64,000 nt of DNA from Alphaproteobacteria bacterium (GCA_965232515.1 CBDDPY010000002.1:3744001-3808000), one strand, 5' to 3'; positions 41,806 to 51,709 are shown, counted from the stretch's first letter. Made by a program: numbers and translations. The notes: generated by a model not told the origin, from the sequence alone.

Positions 41806-42508
41806 GCCCGTGCTGTCGGTGACCGGGCTGCATGCCGGCTACGGGCCGACGCCGATCCTGCAAGGCGTCGACCTGCAGGTGGCGCGCGGCGAGATCGTCA
41901 GCCTGATCGGACGCAACGGCGTCGGCAAGACCACGATCCTGCGCTGCCTGATGGGTCAGCTCCGGGTCACGGCCGGCGAGATCCGCTATCTCGATCAGGA
42001 CATCACCAAACTGACGCCGGACGCGCGGGCACGGCTGGGGATCGGCTACATTCCGCAGGGGCGGGAGGTCTTTCCCCGCCTCACGGTGGAAGAGAATCTT
42101 TATGTCGGCGAGCTGATTGGCGGGCCGAAGGGCCGCAAGGTGGCCGATCGGGTCTACGACTATTTCCCGCGCCTGCATGAGCGCCGTGGCCAGGCCGCTG
42201 GCACCATGAGCGGCGGCGAACAACAACAGCTCGCCATCGGCCGGGCGCTGATCGGCAACCCATCCCTGCTGCTGCTCGACGAACCGTCGGAGGGCATTCA
42301 GCCGTCGATCGCGCAGATGATCTGCGAGGCGCTGAAATCGATCCGGGACGAGCTGGGCAGCACCATTCTGTTCGTCGAACAGAACCTGGACACCATCATG
42401 ACGCTGAGCGAACGTTGCTATGTCGTCGAGAAGGGGCGCATCGATGCGCATATCGACGCCGGGCAACTCGCCGACCGGAATACCGTACGCCAAAGCCTGC
42501 TGATCTGA
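41795..42508 (+). CDS. ABC ATP-binding protein (UrtE-like)
   Basis: GRNGVGKTT; MSGGEQQQLAIGRAL; DEPSEGIQP. Confidence 0.92.
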   Translation: MSTEPVLSVTGLHAGYGPTPILQGVDLQVARGEIVSLIGRNGVGKTTILRCLMGQLRVTAGEIRYLDQDITKLTPDARARLGIGYIPQGREVFPRLTVEENLYVGELIGGPKGRKVADRVYDYFPRLHERRGQAAGTMSGGEQQQLAIGRALIGNPSLLLLDEPSEGIQPSIAQMICEALKSIRDELGSTILFVEQNLDTIMTLSERCYVVEKGRIDAHIDAGQLADRNTVRQSLLI

Positions 42509-42542
42509 GCCGGGTCGCGCGTATTGCGGAGGAGCAAGGGAC

Positions 42543-43304
42543 ATGGATCTCGGACTAAAAGGATTGCGCGCCGTGGTGAGCGGCGGAACCAAGGGCATCG
42601 GGCGGGCGATCGCCGACGCGCTGGCCGACGACGGCGCCGGCGTATCGATCTGCGCCCGCGACGCGGATGAGGTCGGGTCGGCCGTGGCGGCGCTGTCGGC
42701 GAAGGGCGTTCCGGCATTCGGCCAGGCTTGCGACGTCGCCGATGCGGCAGCCCTGAAAGCCTGGGTCACCGGCGCGGCGGAGCAGCTCGGCGGCATCGAT
42801 ATCGTCATCGCCAATGTCAGCGCGCTCGCGATCGGCGCCGACGAGGACAGCTGGCGCAAGAGCTTCGAGGTCGATCTCATGCACAGCGTGCGCATGGTCG
42901 AAGCGGCGACGCCCTTTCTGGAGCAGAGCGAGGCGGCCTCGGTGGTGACGGTCTCGAGCGTTTCGGGCCGGGAGATCGACTTCGCGGCCGGCCCGTACGG
43001 CGCCTTCAAGGCGGCGCTGATCCACTACACCCAGGGCCTGGCCTTCCAACTGGCGGGCAAGGGCATTCGCGCCAACAGCGTGTCGCCCGGCAACACCTAT
43101 TTCGACGGCGGCGTCTGGCAGCAGATCGAAGAGGGCAACCCGGACTTCTTCAAAGAAGCGCTGGCGTTGAACCCGACCGGCCGGATGGCGAAGCCCGAGG
43201 AGATCGCGCGCGCCGTTGTCTTCCTGGCCAGCCCCGCCGCCAGCTTCATCATGGGCACGAACCTGGTGGTCGACGGCGCGTTGACCCGCGGCGTGCAACT
43301 CTGA
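42543..43304 (+). CDS. SDR-family oxidoreductase
   Basis: SGGTKGIG; YGAFK; NSVSPG. Confidence 0.9.
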   Translation: MDLGLKGLRAVVSGGTKGIGRAIADALADDGAGVSICARDADEVGSAVAALSAKGVPAFGQACDVADAAALKAWVTGAAEQLGGIDIVIANVSALAIGADEDSWRKSFEVDLMHSVRMVEAATPFLEQSEAASVVTVSSVSGREIDFAAGPYGAFKAALIHYTQGLAFQLAGKGIRANSVSPGNTYFDGGVWQQIEEGNPDFFKEALALNPTGRMAKPEEIARAVVFLASPAASFIMGTNLVVDGALTRGVQL

Positions 43305-43430
43305 GCCGACGGTACGTTCGAGCATCGCCCTTTCCGGCACGGTCGATGCCAGGACCGGATTGAAGACTATCAGCCGGACATCGGCACATTGGCTGGGCTG
43401 TTCACGGGCTCGCCACCCCGTGGAACATGG

Positions 43431-45206
43431 CTAGCGACCGTAAACCGGCGTCGGAATGCCTTCCATACGCGCTTTGATCTGCAAGGAAACATAAAGCGAG
43501 AACTGGCGGGACAGGGCGAGGTTGCCGCCATGGAACCAGAGCGCTTCCTGCTTCGTCGGCTTCCACATGTTGCGCAATTCCCCTTCCCAGGGACCGGGGT
43601 CGCCCCGGATGCCGGAGCCGTAACCCCAGAACTTGCCCACGGTCTCGGCCACCTCGTCGGAGATCAGGTGCGCGACCATTTCATCCATCGAGCCATAGCC
43701 GGTCGCGTGAATGATCACATCGGCGGGAAGCTCCTGACCGTCCTCAAACGCAATCCCGGTTTCGGTGAATTCCTTGATCTCGACACCCGGCTTCAACTTG
43801 ATCTCACCCTTGGCGATCAGGTCGGACGCCCCGACATCGATGTAATAGCCCGATGCGGTCCGCAGGGCCTGGGCCATCAGACCGGAAGCGTCTTCACCGA
43901 AGTTGAGCAGGAAGCCTGCGGCCTCGAGCCGGGCATAGAAGTCCGCGTCGACCCGGGCAATTTCCGCATACAGAGGCGTTTGCGATTCCGCCAGCAAGGC
44001 ATAGGGGACGGACGCCGCGATCAGGTCGGCCTTCTCCGTATCGATGCCACGGGCCAGCGCCTCCTCGGAATAGAGCGCCGCGAAGCCAAGCGTCATCAAC
44101 GTCTCCGACCGCACGACAATGGTCGGCGACCGCTGAATCATGGTGACGTCGGCGTCATGCTCCCACAAATCGACACAGATATCGTGCGCCGAGCTGCCCG
44201 ATCCGATGACCAGGCATTTCCTGCCCCTGAAGTCTTCGCCGCTGGAGAACTGACTGGTGTGGATGGCGGCGCCTTTGAAACGGTCAGCGCCGGGAAAATC
44301 GATCACCTTCGCATAGCCGTAGGCGCCGGTGGCGAACACGAGCTGTTTGGGACGTAACTCGATGTCGTTGTCGCCACGCGTGACCCGGACCCGCCATTCC
44401 TTGCCGGCCTCATCGAATTCGGCCTGCCGGCACTCGGTCTCGGTCCAATAGTCCAGCTCCATCACCCGGGCATACATCTCCAGCCAATCGCCGAACTTGT
44501 CCTTCGGCGTGAAAACCGGCCAGTCGTCGGGAAATGGCAGATAAGGCATGTGGTCGTACCAGACCGGATCATGCAGCACGAGCGAGCGATAGCGGTTTCG
44601 CCAGGAATCGCCCGCGCGCTTGTTCTTCTCGACGACGAGCGTCGACACCCCCAACCGCTTCAGGCGCGCGGCGAGCGCGATCCCACCCTGCCCGCCGCCG
44701 ATGATCAGACAATACGGTTGTTTTTCGTAGCCGAGCGCGGCCGTTTCGGCTCGACGCCGGTCCTGCCAGGTTTCGCGGTTCTTGACCGCGCCATGTTTGA
44801 CGCCGTTGATCCGGCTCCTGCCCTTGCGTTCCTCGTGCCCTTTCAATTCGGTCATGGTGGTCAGAAGCGTCCGACACTTGCCCGCAACCAGACGCAGGAG
44901 CCCGCGGCCTCTGGCCACCGCGGTTTCGAACCTGAACCAAACCTCGATAACGCCATCGTCGAGCATGGTTTCGTCTTCGACCCGCCAGGCACTTGGCGCC
45001 GTCGCATCGAGGGTTTGCGTCAGCATGTCGGCGATCCCCGCCGGCCCCTCCACGGTTTTGATATTCCAGGTGAAGGTCAGGAAATCGCGCCAATAGCATT
45101 CCGGCGCGAAGCAGGCGACCGTACCCGGGATATCGCGACGCTCGAGCGCGTCCGCGAACCCGGCGAGCCAGGCTTCAGCGGTGGTTTGTTGGCGCGTGTC
45201 GTTCAT
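43431..45206 (-). CDS. Flavin-containing monooxygenase, type II FMO-like, with N-terminal SnoaL-like extension
   Basis: IIGGGQGG; WRNRY; FKGAAIHTSQF (FxGxxxHxxxF); IGSGSSAHD; ATGY; about 160 aa N-terminal extension (WRDFLTFTW, FRFET). Confidence 0.88.
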   Translation of the reverse strand: MNDTRQQTTAEAWLAGFADALERRDIPGTVACFAPECYWRDFLTFTWNIKTVEGPAGIADMLTQTLDATAPSAWRVEDETMLDDGVIEVWFRFETAVARGRGLLRLVAGKCRTLLTTMTELKGHEERKGRSRINGVKHGAVKNRETWQDRRRAETAALGYEKQPYCLIIGGGQGGIALAARLKRLGVSTLVVEKNKRAGDSWRNRYRSLVLHDPVWYDHMPYLPFPDDWPVFTPKDKFGDWLEMYARVMELDYWTETECRQAEFDEAGKEWRVRVTRGDNDIELRPKQLVFATGAYGYAKVIDFPGADRFKGAAIHTSQFSSGEDFRGRKCLVIGSGSSAHDICVDLWEHDADVTMIQRSPTIVVRSETLMTLGFAALYSEEALARGIDTEKADLIAASVPYALLAESQTPLYAEIARVDADFYARLEAAGFLLNFGEDASGLMAQALRTASGYYIDVGASDLIAKGEIKLKPGVEIKEFTETGIAFEDGQELPADVIIHATGYGSMDEMVAHLISDEVAETVGKFWGYGSGIRGDPGPWEGELRNMWKPTKQEALWFHGGNLALSRQFSLYVSLQIKARMEGIPTPVYGR

Positions 45207-45236
45207 GGCGTACGGTCACGTTTTCGGATGGCGGTC

Positions 45237-46331
45237 TCAGGCCAGATGTATCGCCTGCTCGGTTTCGATGCTCTCTTCGGCCGCCAGAACGATGCGCAGG
45301 CTGTTGACGGCCGCATCCATGGATTCGCTCAGGTCGAGGTCTTCACGGATCGCCTTCAGAAAGTAGGCCTGTTCCCGGTCGCAGAGTTCCTGGTGATCGG
45401 GCTCGTCCTCCATGCTCATGATCTCGTCGGGTTTGGCGAAGTTCTTGTCGGCATCGACGGCGGCGTGATGGATTTTCAGAGCGTTGGTCTTGGTGTGCTG
45501 ATCGATATCGGCGGAATCGGACACATCGTCCTTCTGCTGCCCGCCACCTTCGCCGTCTTGCGGCACGACGATGGAAACGGCGCCCTTGGGACCGACGACG
45601 TCTTTCACGAAAAAGGCGATCTCGCTCATCATCGGCCCCCAGCCGGCCTCATACCAGCCGACCGAGCCGTCATCGAAGGTCACGTGCAGATGGCCGTAGT
45701 TCTGCTTCGCCGCATCGGCCCACAGGCTGGCGCCGATGCCGTGCACGCGCACCGGCTTCGCGCCGGTCAGCTGGCACATCACGTCGACATAGTGCACGCC
45801 GCAATCGACGATCGGGATCAGGGAATCGATCAGGTTCTTGTGCCAGGCCCAGGCCGGCCCGCTGCTCTGCTGGTTGAGGTTGAGCCGCATCACCAACGGT
45901 TTGCCGAGCGTCTTGCCGACTTCGATGAATTTCACCCAGGACGGATGCACGCGAAGGATATAGCCCAACACCAGTTTTCGGTTCTTGGCGCGGGCGGCGG
46001 CGACGACTTTTTCAGCGTCCTCGATATTCGTCGCGATCGGTTTTTCCATGAACACGTGGCAATTGGCGTCGAAAGCCTTGAGGGCATATTCGGCATGGGT
46101 ATTCGGCCACGTGTTGATCGACACCGCGTCCGGCCGGGTTTCCGCCAGGGCCTGCTCGTAGTCCTCGAACAGCGGATAGCCCGCCAGCTCCGCGGGGATG
46201 TCGGTGCGGCTCTTGATCGTCCGGCTCATGATCCCGACGATCTCGAAGCCGTCCATGTTGTGATAGGCCTTGGCGTGCGAGACGCCCATATTGCCCAGAC
46301 CGACGACCAGTATTTTCAACTTATCAGCCAT
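45237..46331 (-). CDS. Gfo/Idh/MocA oxidoreductase, probable NAD+-dependent sulfoquinovosidase (GH188/SqgA-like)
   Basis: VVGLGNMG; FMEKP; GYILR; LNQQS...W..H; IVDCGVHYVD; WYEAGWGPM. The SQase assignment rests on recalled family resemblance and context. Confidence 0.7.
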   Translation of the reverse strand: MADKLKILVVGLGNMGVSHAKAYHNMDGFEIVGIMSRTIKSRTDIPAELAGYPLFEDYEQALAETRPDAVSINTWPNTHAEYALKAFDANCHVFMEKPIATNIEDAEKVVAAARAKNRKLVLGYILRVHPSWVKFIEVGKTLGKPLVMRLNLNQQSSGPAWAWHKNLIDSLIPIVDCGVHYVDVMCQLTGAKPVRVHGIGASLWADAAKQNYGHLHVTFDDGSVGWYEAGWGPMMSEIAFFVKDVVGPKGAVSIVVPQDGEGGGQQKDDVSDSADIDQHTKTNALKIHHAAVDADKNFAKPDEIMSMEDEPDHQELCDREQAYFLKAIREDLDLSESMDAAVNSLRIVLAAEESIETEQAIHLA

Positions 46332-46470
46332 GATTCATTCCCCCAGCGGAAGGCAGGCGTGGGACACAGGCCCTGTTGCTCGACGGACGCTGCCGGCACC
46401 GCGATGCCGGCGTCCGGCGCGGAACCGGCGGGCGCCCGCATCGGGGCGTCCGCCAATCCCGGAACACCGA

Positions 46471-47646
46471 TCAGCGAACGGCGTTGGCGAAGAAGCGTTC
46501 TTTGATCGCGTCGATATCAACGGCCGCCATATCGGCCGACAGTTCGTAGCCATCGGCATCGGCCTTGACCTTGGCCTTGTCGAAGCTGTTCGCCGGACCG
46601 ATGAATTCGTTGCTGACGACTTTCGACACATCGACCGGTTTGGTCAGCTGGCCAATGTCGTTCAATGTCTTGAAGAACAGCTCCCATCGAGCCATTTCGT
46701 GCCAGCCCCAGCCTTCCCGCTTCGACATGTCGCCACGGAAAACGTTGGCCAGCTGCATCATCGATTCGGTCCCCAATTCCGTGCCGAGATTCTTCTTCAC
46801 GATCGGGAACTGCTTGAAGACGATCTCGGTCGCCGCCAAGGGATTCTGATGTCCGAATTCCATGCCCATAGCCCAGCCGCGCAGATACGCTTCCAGGAAT
46901 TTGTGGCGCTCGGCATCGGCAATATCACTCCGCCGGACAACAAAGGAGTTTGCCGGGAAGTTGGAATGATCGACGCCGAGCCAATATTCGAACTCCAGGC
47001 CCTTGCCGGTCCAGTCGGCCCGCAAGCCTTCCCATGCCAGCGCGGCATCGCCCTGACCTGACGCCAGAACCGTGCCCCATTGCGGCCAGCCGGCCTCGAC
47101 ATACTTGATCTTTTTCGGATCGACACCGGCGGCGGCAAACATCGGATCGGTGATCGATTGCCAGGCGGCGCTGCCCAGCAGCACGGTCTTGCCTTCCATA
47201 TCCTTCAGGTCTTTCACGCCCTCGCCGGGACGGAAGGCGAAATCGAAGACGTCCAGCGCGCCCATGTTGAAGACGGAAACCAGATCCATGTCGTTCTGCA
47301 GGGCGAACGAGAACACGCCCGGCGACGGGAAACCCATATCGGCCTGACCGAGCGCGACGAACTTTACGGTCGACGTGCCATCCGAAGGACCAGGTTCCAT
47401 CTTGGTTTCGAGGTCGCCGAAATAGCCCATGGCCTTGGCAACCCAATAGCCATAGTCGTCAAGCACCTCCAACGTGCCGCGCGGCGAAATCCAGGTAAAC
47501 GGCTTGTCCGCCGCGCTCGCGGCACCGCACAACAACGACGTGCCGCCCAGCGTCGATGCCACGACCGCGCCACTGGCGGACACTTGCAGGAACCGTCGAC
47601 GGTCCATGCCGCCCCGTTTGATGTTGTTATTGGTTATTTCCGACAT
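46471..47646 (-). CDS. NitT/TauT (NMT1/SsuA-like) ABC substrate-binding protein with Tat signal
   Basis: MDRRRFLQ twin-arginine motif; GQADMG; GVKDLKDMEGKTV; AYLRGWAMG. Confidence 0.85.
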   Translation of the reverse strand: MSEITNNNIKRGGMDRRRFLQVSASGAVVASTLGGTSLLCGAASAADKPFTWISPRGTLEVLDDYGYWVAKAMGYFGDLETKMEPGPSDGTSTVKFVALGQADMGFPSPGVFSFALQNDMDLVSVFNMGALDVFDFAFRPGEGVKDLKDMEGKTVLLGSAAWQSITDPMFAAAGVDPKKIKYVEAGWPQWGTVLASGQGDAALAWEGLRADWTGKGLEFEYWLGVDHSNFPANSFVVRRSDIADAERHKFLEAYLRGWAMGMEFGHQNPLAATEIVFKQFPIVKKNLGTELGTESMMQLANVFRGDMSKREGWGWHEMARWELFFKTLNDIGQLTKPVDVSKVVSNEFIGPANSFDKAKVKADADGYELSADMAAVDIDAIKERFFANAVR

Positions 47647-47764
47647 TTCATCCTCCTCCTTATCGGGCCATTCTTCGGTTCTGTTCTTGGCGAATGCCTT
47701 TGTGCTCCGGGCCCGTCATGTCGTGCAAATCCGGCTCGCTCGATTGCCGGACCTTTCAGATTTT

Positions 47765-48622
47765 CTATGCCTCCCAACTCGCCCACTTCTTCCCGATCAG
47801 GAAGAAGGTGACGTAGATCAGGATACCCAATATCGACAGGATCAGGATCACGGCGAAGAACTGCGGCATCTGCAGCGTCGCGGAAAACGTCGTCAGCCGG
47901 TTGCCGAGGCCAAATCCGCCACCGACCATTTCGGCGCCGACAGCCGTCAGCAGGCCGAAGATCGCGCCGATCATCAAGCCGACGATGATCATCGGCATCG
48001 CCATCGGCACGCGGATCTTCATGAATATCTGCATGGTCGTGGCGCCGAAAGACCGCGCCAGCGCGATCTTCGCCAGATCGACCCGGCGAAAGCCCGTTGC
48101 CGAATTGATCATCACCATCGGACCCGATGCCAGCGCCACGGCAATGATCCGCGGCTCGTAGCCGAACCCGAAATAAAGGATCAGCAGCGGCACCAGCGCC
48201 AGCATCGGCGTGGTGACGAGCATCAGAATGTAGGGCGCAATGATTTTCTCAACGAAGGGGAACTGGGTGATGACCGCGGCCAGGATCAGGCCGACCGAGG
48301 CGCCGATGCCATAGCCGGCAAACAACTCGATCAGCGTGTGACCGAGATGGGGACCGATAAATTCGAAATCCTGGAACAGGGCCAGGACAATCAGACTGGG
48401 CGGCGGCATGACGTAAAGCGGGATCTCCGCCAGCCGCAAATAGGCTTCGGCACCGCCAACGATGCAAACCGCGATCAGGACAATCGCCACGACCTCGCGG
48501 ATGGATTTGATACCTGGCCCACTGGTGATGCCCGATGGCGCGACGAGACTGGCGGATTGTTGTTGACCCGCCGCGTCTCCGCCGAACTCCGGGATCTTAT
48601 CGCCTAGCGCTTTATCAACCAT
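47765..48622 (-). CDS. NitT/TauT ABC permease
   Basis: MPPPS; TPMLALVPL; ARSFGAT..IFMKIRVP; AVGAEMVGG..GLG. Confidence 0.9.
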   Translation of the reverse strand: MVDKALGDKIPEFGGDAAGQQQSASLVAPSGITSGPGIKSIREVVAIVLIAVCIVGGAEAYLRLAEIPLYVMPPPSLIVLALFQDFEFIGPHLGHTLIELFAGYGIGASVGLILAAVITQFPFVEKIIAPYILMLVTTPMLALVPLLILYFGFGYEPRIIAVALASGPMVMINSATGFRRVDLAKIALARSFGATTMQIFMKIRVPMAMPMIIVGLMIGAIFGLLTAVGAEMVGGGFGLGNRLTTFSATLQMPQFFAVILILSILGILIYVTFFLIGKKWASWEA

Positions 48623-48635
48623 CGTTGCGGCCTCT

Positions 48636-49457
48636 CTACGACAAGCTTTCCGCCGGCATGTTCACGTCGCTCCCGGCAACCTGTTGGGGGCCATGTTCAA
48701 TTTCCGCCTTGATCTCATTGACCAGGTCGAACACCTCCCTGGTCGCCAGAAGATCGAGCGTTCTGGGCCGCGGAAACGGAATGGCAAAAACCTTGGCCAG
48801 CCGGCCCGGGCGGGCGGACATGACAAAGACCCGGTCGGACAGAAAGATTGCCTCGGCGATGTTGTGCGTAATGAAGACGATGGTCTTGCGGGTCTCCAGC
48901 CAGATCTCCTCGACCAGCATGTTCATCTCGTCGCGCGTGAACGCATCCAGCGCGCCGAACGGCTCGTCCATCAACAGCACGGACGGATTGAAGGACAGGG
49001 CCCGAACGATGGCCGCCCTTTGCTGCATGCCGCCCGACAATTCGCGCGGAAACTTGTTGCCGAACCCGCCAAGACCGACGCGTTCCAGCAGCCGGTCTAT
49101 GCGGTCGGCATCCGGTTTGACGCCCTTGATTTCGAACGGCAGCTCTATGTTTTTCGCCAGGTTTCGCCAGGGCAGCAGATTTGCTTCCTGGAACACCATG
49201 CCGATCTGTGGGTGGGGGCCCGTTACCTGCTCGCCGTCGAGATAAACGGCGCCGCTGGTCAAACTGTGCAAACCGGCCATGGACCACAGCAACGTCGTCT
49301 TGCCGCAACCAGATGGTCCGACAACCGAGACGAACTCGCTGTCGTCGACGGACATCGAGTATCGATCGATCGCATGAAGAGGCCCGGATTTTGTCTCGTA
49401 GAATTTGCTCGCGTTATCTACGACCAGTTTATGCGCACCCCCGGTCGCCTCACTCAT
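48636..49457 (-). CDS. NitT/TauT ABC ATP-binding protein
   Basis: GPSGCGKTT; LLPWR; LSGGMQQR; MDEPFGALDAFTR; MSARPG. Confidence 0.93.
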   Translation of the reverse strand: MSEATGGAHKLVVDNASKFYETKSGPLHAIDRYSMSVDDSEFVSVVGPSGCGKTTLLWSMAGLHSLTSGAVYLDGEQVTGPHPQIGMVFQEANLLPWRNLAKNIELPFEIKGVKPDADRIDRLLERVGLGGFGNKFPRELSGGMQQRAAIVRALSFNPSVLLMDEPFGALDAFTRDEMNMLVEEIWLETRKTIVFITHNIAEAIFLSDRVFVMSARPGRLAKVFAIPFPRPRTLDLLATREVFDLVNEIKAEIEHGPQQVAGSDVNMPAESLS

Positions 49458-49569
49458 ACCGTCACCCCCCTCACCCTGCCTGAACTTATCTTGGATTTTC
49501 TTTTCGTTGTCTCAGATGTCATGCCCGGAAGCGGGCCGCGAATGCGTTGAGGCGGCACCCGGATGCGAA

Positions 49570-49704
49570 TGTAAGTATCTTACACCTGCATATCACGCGC
49601 AACAGATTCAGCGCGATTATTGATGTTGTACTGCCTCGGTTCTAGGATAACCGAAACAATCGGCTTAAGTTTCCTACACGCTCGCGGCATGTTGGAAATC
49701 TACA
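49570..49704. promoter_or_regulatory. Three HexR/RpiR-type operators (TGTA-N7-TACA-like)
   Basis: TGTAAGTATCTTACA (49570), CTTAAGTTTCCTACA (49664), TGTTGGAAATCTACA (49690) in the divergent intergenic region. Confidence 0.65.
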
Positions 49705-49720
49705 TCGAGAGGCTTCCCAA

Positions 49721-50905
49721 TTGCCACAACGGTCCATGTACTGCTACGCGTGGGATCTGAAGGATGTTGGCGTCCCTGCCTTCGCCGAGGAATTACGCGC
49801 CAGACATCTAAATGCGATCACCCTGGCCTGCGCCTATCACGCCGGCAAATTCCTCAGACCGCATGGCCAGAGCGGCAAGGTCTATTTCCCCGAAGACGGC
49901 ACCGCCTACTTCAAATTTCACGGCGAGCGCTACGGCACCATCAAACCGGACGCCAACCACCTGATGGACGAACAGGACATCCTGGCTGAATGCTGTGCCC
50001 TCGGCGACGTGCCGGTCAATGCCTGGTTGGTGTTGATGCACAACAGCCGGTTGGGAGAGAGGCATCCCGAGGCGTGCGTCGCCAACGCCTTTGGCGACAG
50101 GTTCATCTACAGTCTCTGTCCAGCGGCGCCGGCGGCGCGCGCGTACGCCATCGCCATCTGCCAGGATGTGTCAGGCAGCTATCCGGTCGCCGGACTGACC
50201 TTGGAGACGCCCGGCTTTATGCCGTTCGAGCACGGTTACCACCATGAATTCGGCTTGTTGCGCCAGAATGCCTGGCTCAACAATCTGCTCGGGCTTTGTT
50301 TTTGCGACCATTGCACCGCCGGCGCCACGGCAACCGGCATCGACGTCGCCGGCTTGCGCGATCGGGTTGCCGCGATGATCGACAATTATCTCGCCAGCGA
50401 CATCGACTATGACGACGATATGGCGGATGCCTACTGGCTTGCCGACATCGTCACCGATCCGGATCTCGGCCGGTTCCTGAACTGGCGCTGCGGTGTGGTC
50501 GAGAGCTTGATTGGCGAGATCCGCCAGGCCGTCCGCGATGACTGCGTCATTTCGGTCCTGCCGTCGGTCGCCAGACCGACGGCCGGCGCCTGGTATGAAG
50601 GCAGCGACCTGGCTGGATTGGCACGCGTGGCGGACTATCTGGACGTCTGTTTCTACGAAACGGGACCTGAACGAATTGCGGCCGACCTGCATGATGTCAT
50701 GCGTCGCGTCGGGGATGTCGGCCACCTGCGCGCGGTGTTGCGGCCGGCGCACCCGGATCTGCGCAACGGCGACATGGTCGCGCAGGCCGTTCAGCTGCTG
50801 TGCGCCGCCGGCATCAAGGATATTGGTTTCTACAACTATGGGCATTTGCGCCCCGCCAGCCTGGACTGGATGGCGACGGCCCTGTCAAATCTGGAAGCCG
50901 GATGA
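49721..50905 (+). CDS. Conserved hypothetical protein, glycoside-hydrolase-like TIM barrel with CFCxxC motif
   Basis: TTG start after GAGAGG; Y.WD, AYHAG, W.V..H, LCP, LETP, HGYHHE, LCFCDHC; overlaps the downstream SDR start. Confidence 0.75.
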   Translation: MPQRSMYCYAWDLKDVGVPAFAEELRARHLNAITLACAYHAGKFLRPHGQSGKVYFPEDGTAYFKFHGERYGTIKPDANHLMDEQDILAECCALGDVPVNAWLVLMHNSRLGERHPEACVANAFGDRFIYSLCPAAPAARAYAIAICQDVSGSYPVAGLTLETPGFMPFEHGYHHEFGLLRQNAWLNNLLGLCFCDHCTAGATATGIDVAGLRDRVAAMIDNYLASDIDYDDDMADAYWLADIVTDPDLGRFLNWRCGVVESLIGEIRQAVRDDCVISVLPSVARPTAGAWYEGSDLAGLARVADYLDVCFYETGPERIAADLHDVMRRVGDVGHLRAVLRPAHPDLRNGDMVAQAVQLLCAAGIKDIGFYNYGHLRPASLDWMATALSNLEAG

Positions 50906-51693
50906 TGACTGATTTCGCGGGCAAGGTCGTTCTCATTACTGGCGCCGCCGGTGGTATCGGTCAGGCCCTTTGCCGTCTTTTTGCCGGTCGGGGCGGCCGC
51001 ATCGCCGCCCTGGACCGGGCACCAACCGTGTTGGAATTCGGCCGGCAACTGACCGGCGAGGGGTTTGACGCGGCTGCCGTGGTCGCCGATATCGCCGACC
51101 TGTCCCAGGTCGGCCAAGCCGTCGCCCAAATCCATGACGACCTGGGCAACATCGACATTCTGATCAACAACGCGGGCTTCTCGAAAGCCCCCAATCTGGA
51201 AACCGCCACCCCCGAGACCTGGAATGAAGATATCGCCGGCAATCTCGGTGGCGCCTTCCATTGCACCCGCCTGGCGATCGAAGACATGAAGGCCGCCGGC
51301 GCCGGCGCCATCGTCAACATCGGGTCGGTTAACGGCTTGTCGGCCCTCGGCGATCCGGCCTACAGCGCCGCCAAAGCCGGCCTGATCAGCTACACCAAGT
51401 CGGTGGCGCTCGAATATGGCCGCTTCGGCATCCGCGCCAATGTCATTTGTCCGGGAACGGTACGCACGCCGATCTTGGACAAGAAGGCTGAGCGCAACCC
51501 GGATGTCGAGGCGCAACTGGTCAAATGGTATCCGCTGGGACGCGTGGCGGAGCCGATTGAAATTGCCAAGGCGGCGGCATTCCTGGCCTCCGATGACGCG
51601 TCGGCTATCACCGGAACCATGCTGGCCGTCGATTGCGGCCTGACCGCGGGAAACATCCTCATGGCGCGCGAGTTGACGGCGGCGGAGTTCTGA
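50902..51693 (+). CDS. SDR oxidoreductase, probable sulfoquinovose 1-dehydrogenase-like
   Basis: TGAAGGIG; NNAGFS; GSVNGLSALGDPAYSAAKAG; EYGRFGIRAN; WYPLGR; DCGLTAGNILMARELT. Recalled resemblance to the sulfo-ED SQ dehydrogenase. Confidence 0.75.
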   Translation: MMTDFAGKVVLITGAAGGIGQALCRLFAGRGGRIAALDRAPTVLEFGRQLTGEGFDAAAVVADIADLSQVGQAVAQIHDDLGNIDILINNAGFSKAPNLETATPETWNEDIAGNLGGAFHCTRLAIEDMKAAGAGAIVNIGSVNGLSALGDPAYSAAKAGLISYTKSVALEYGRFGIRANVICPGTVRTPILDKKAERNPDVEAQLVKWYPLGRVAEPIEIAKAAAFLASDDASAITGTMLAVDCGLTAGNILMARELTAAEF

Positions 51694-51709
51694 GCGACGG
51701 GACGATGAC

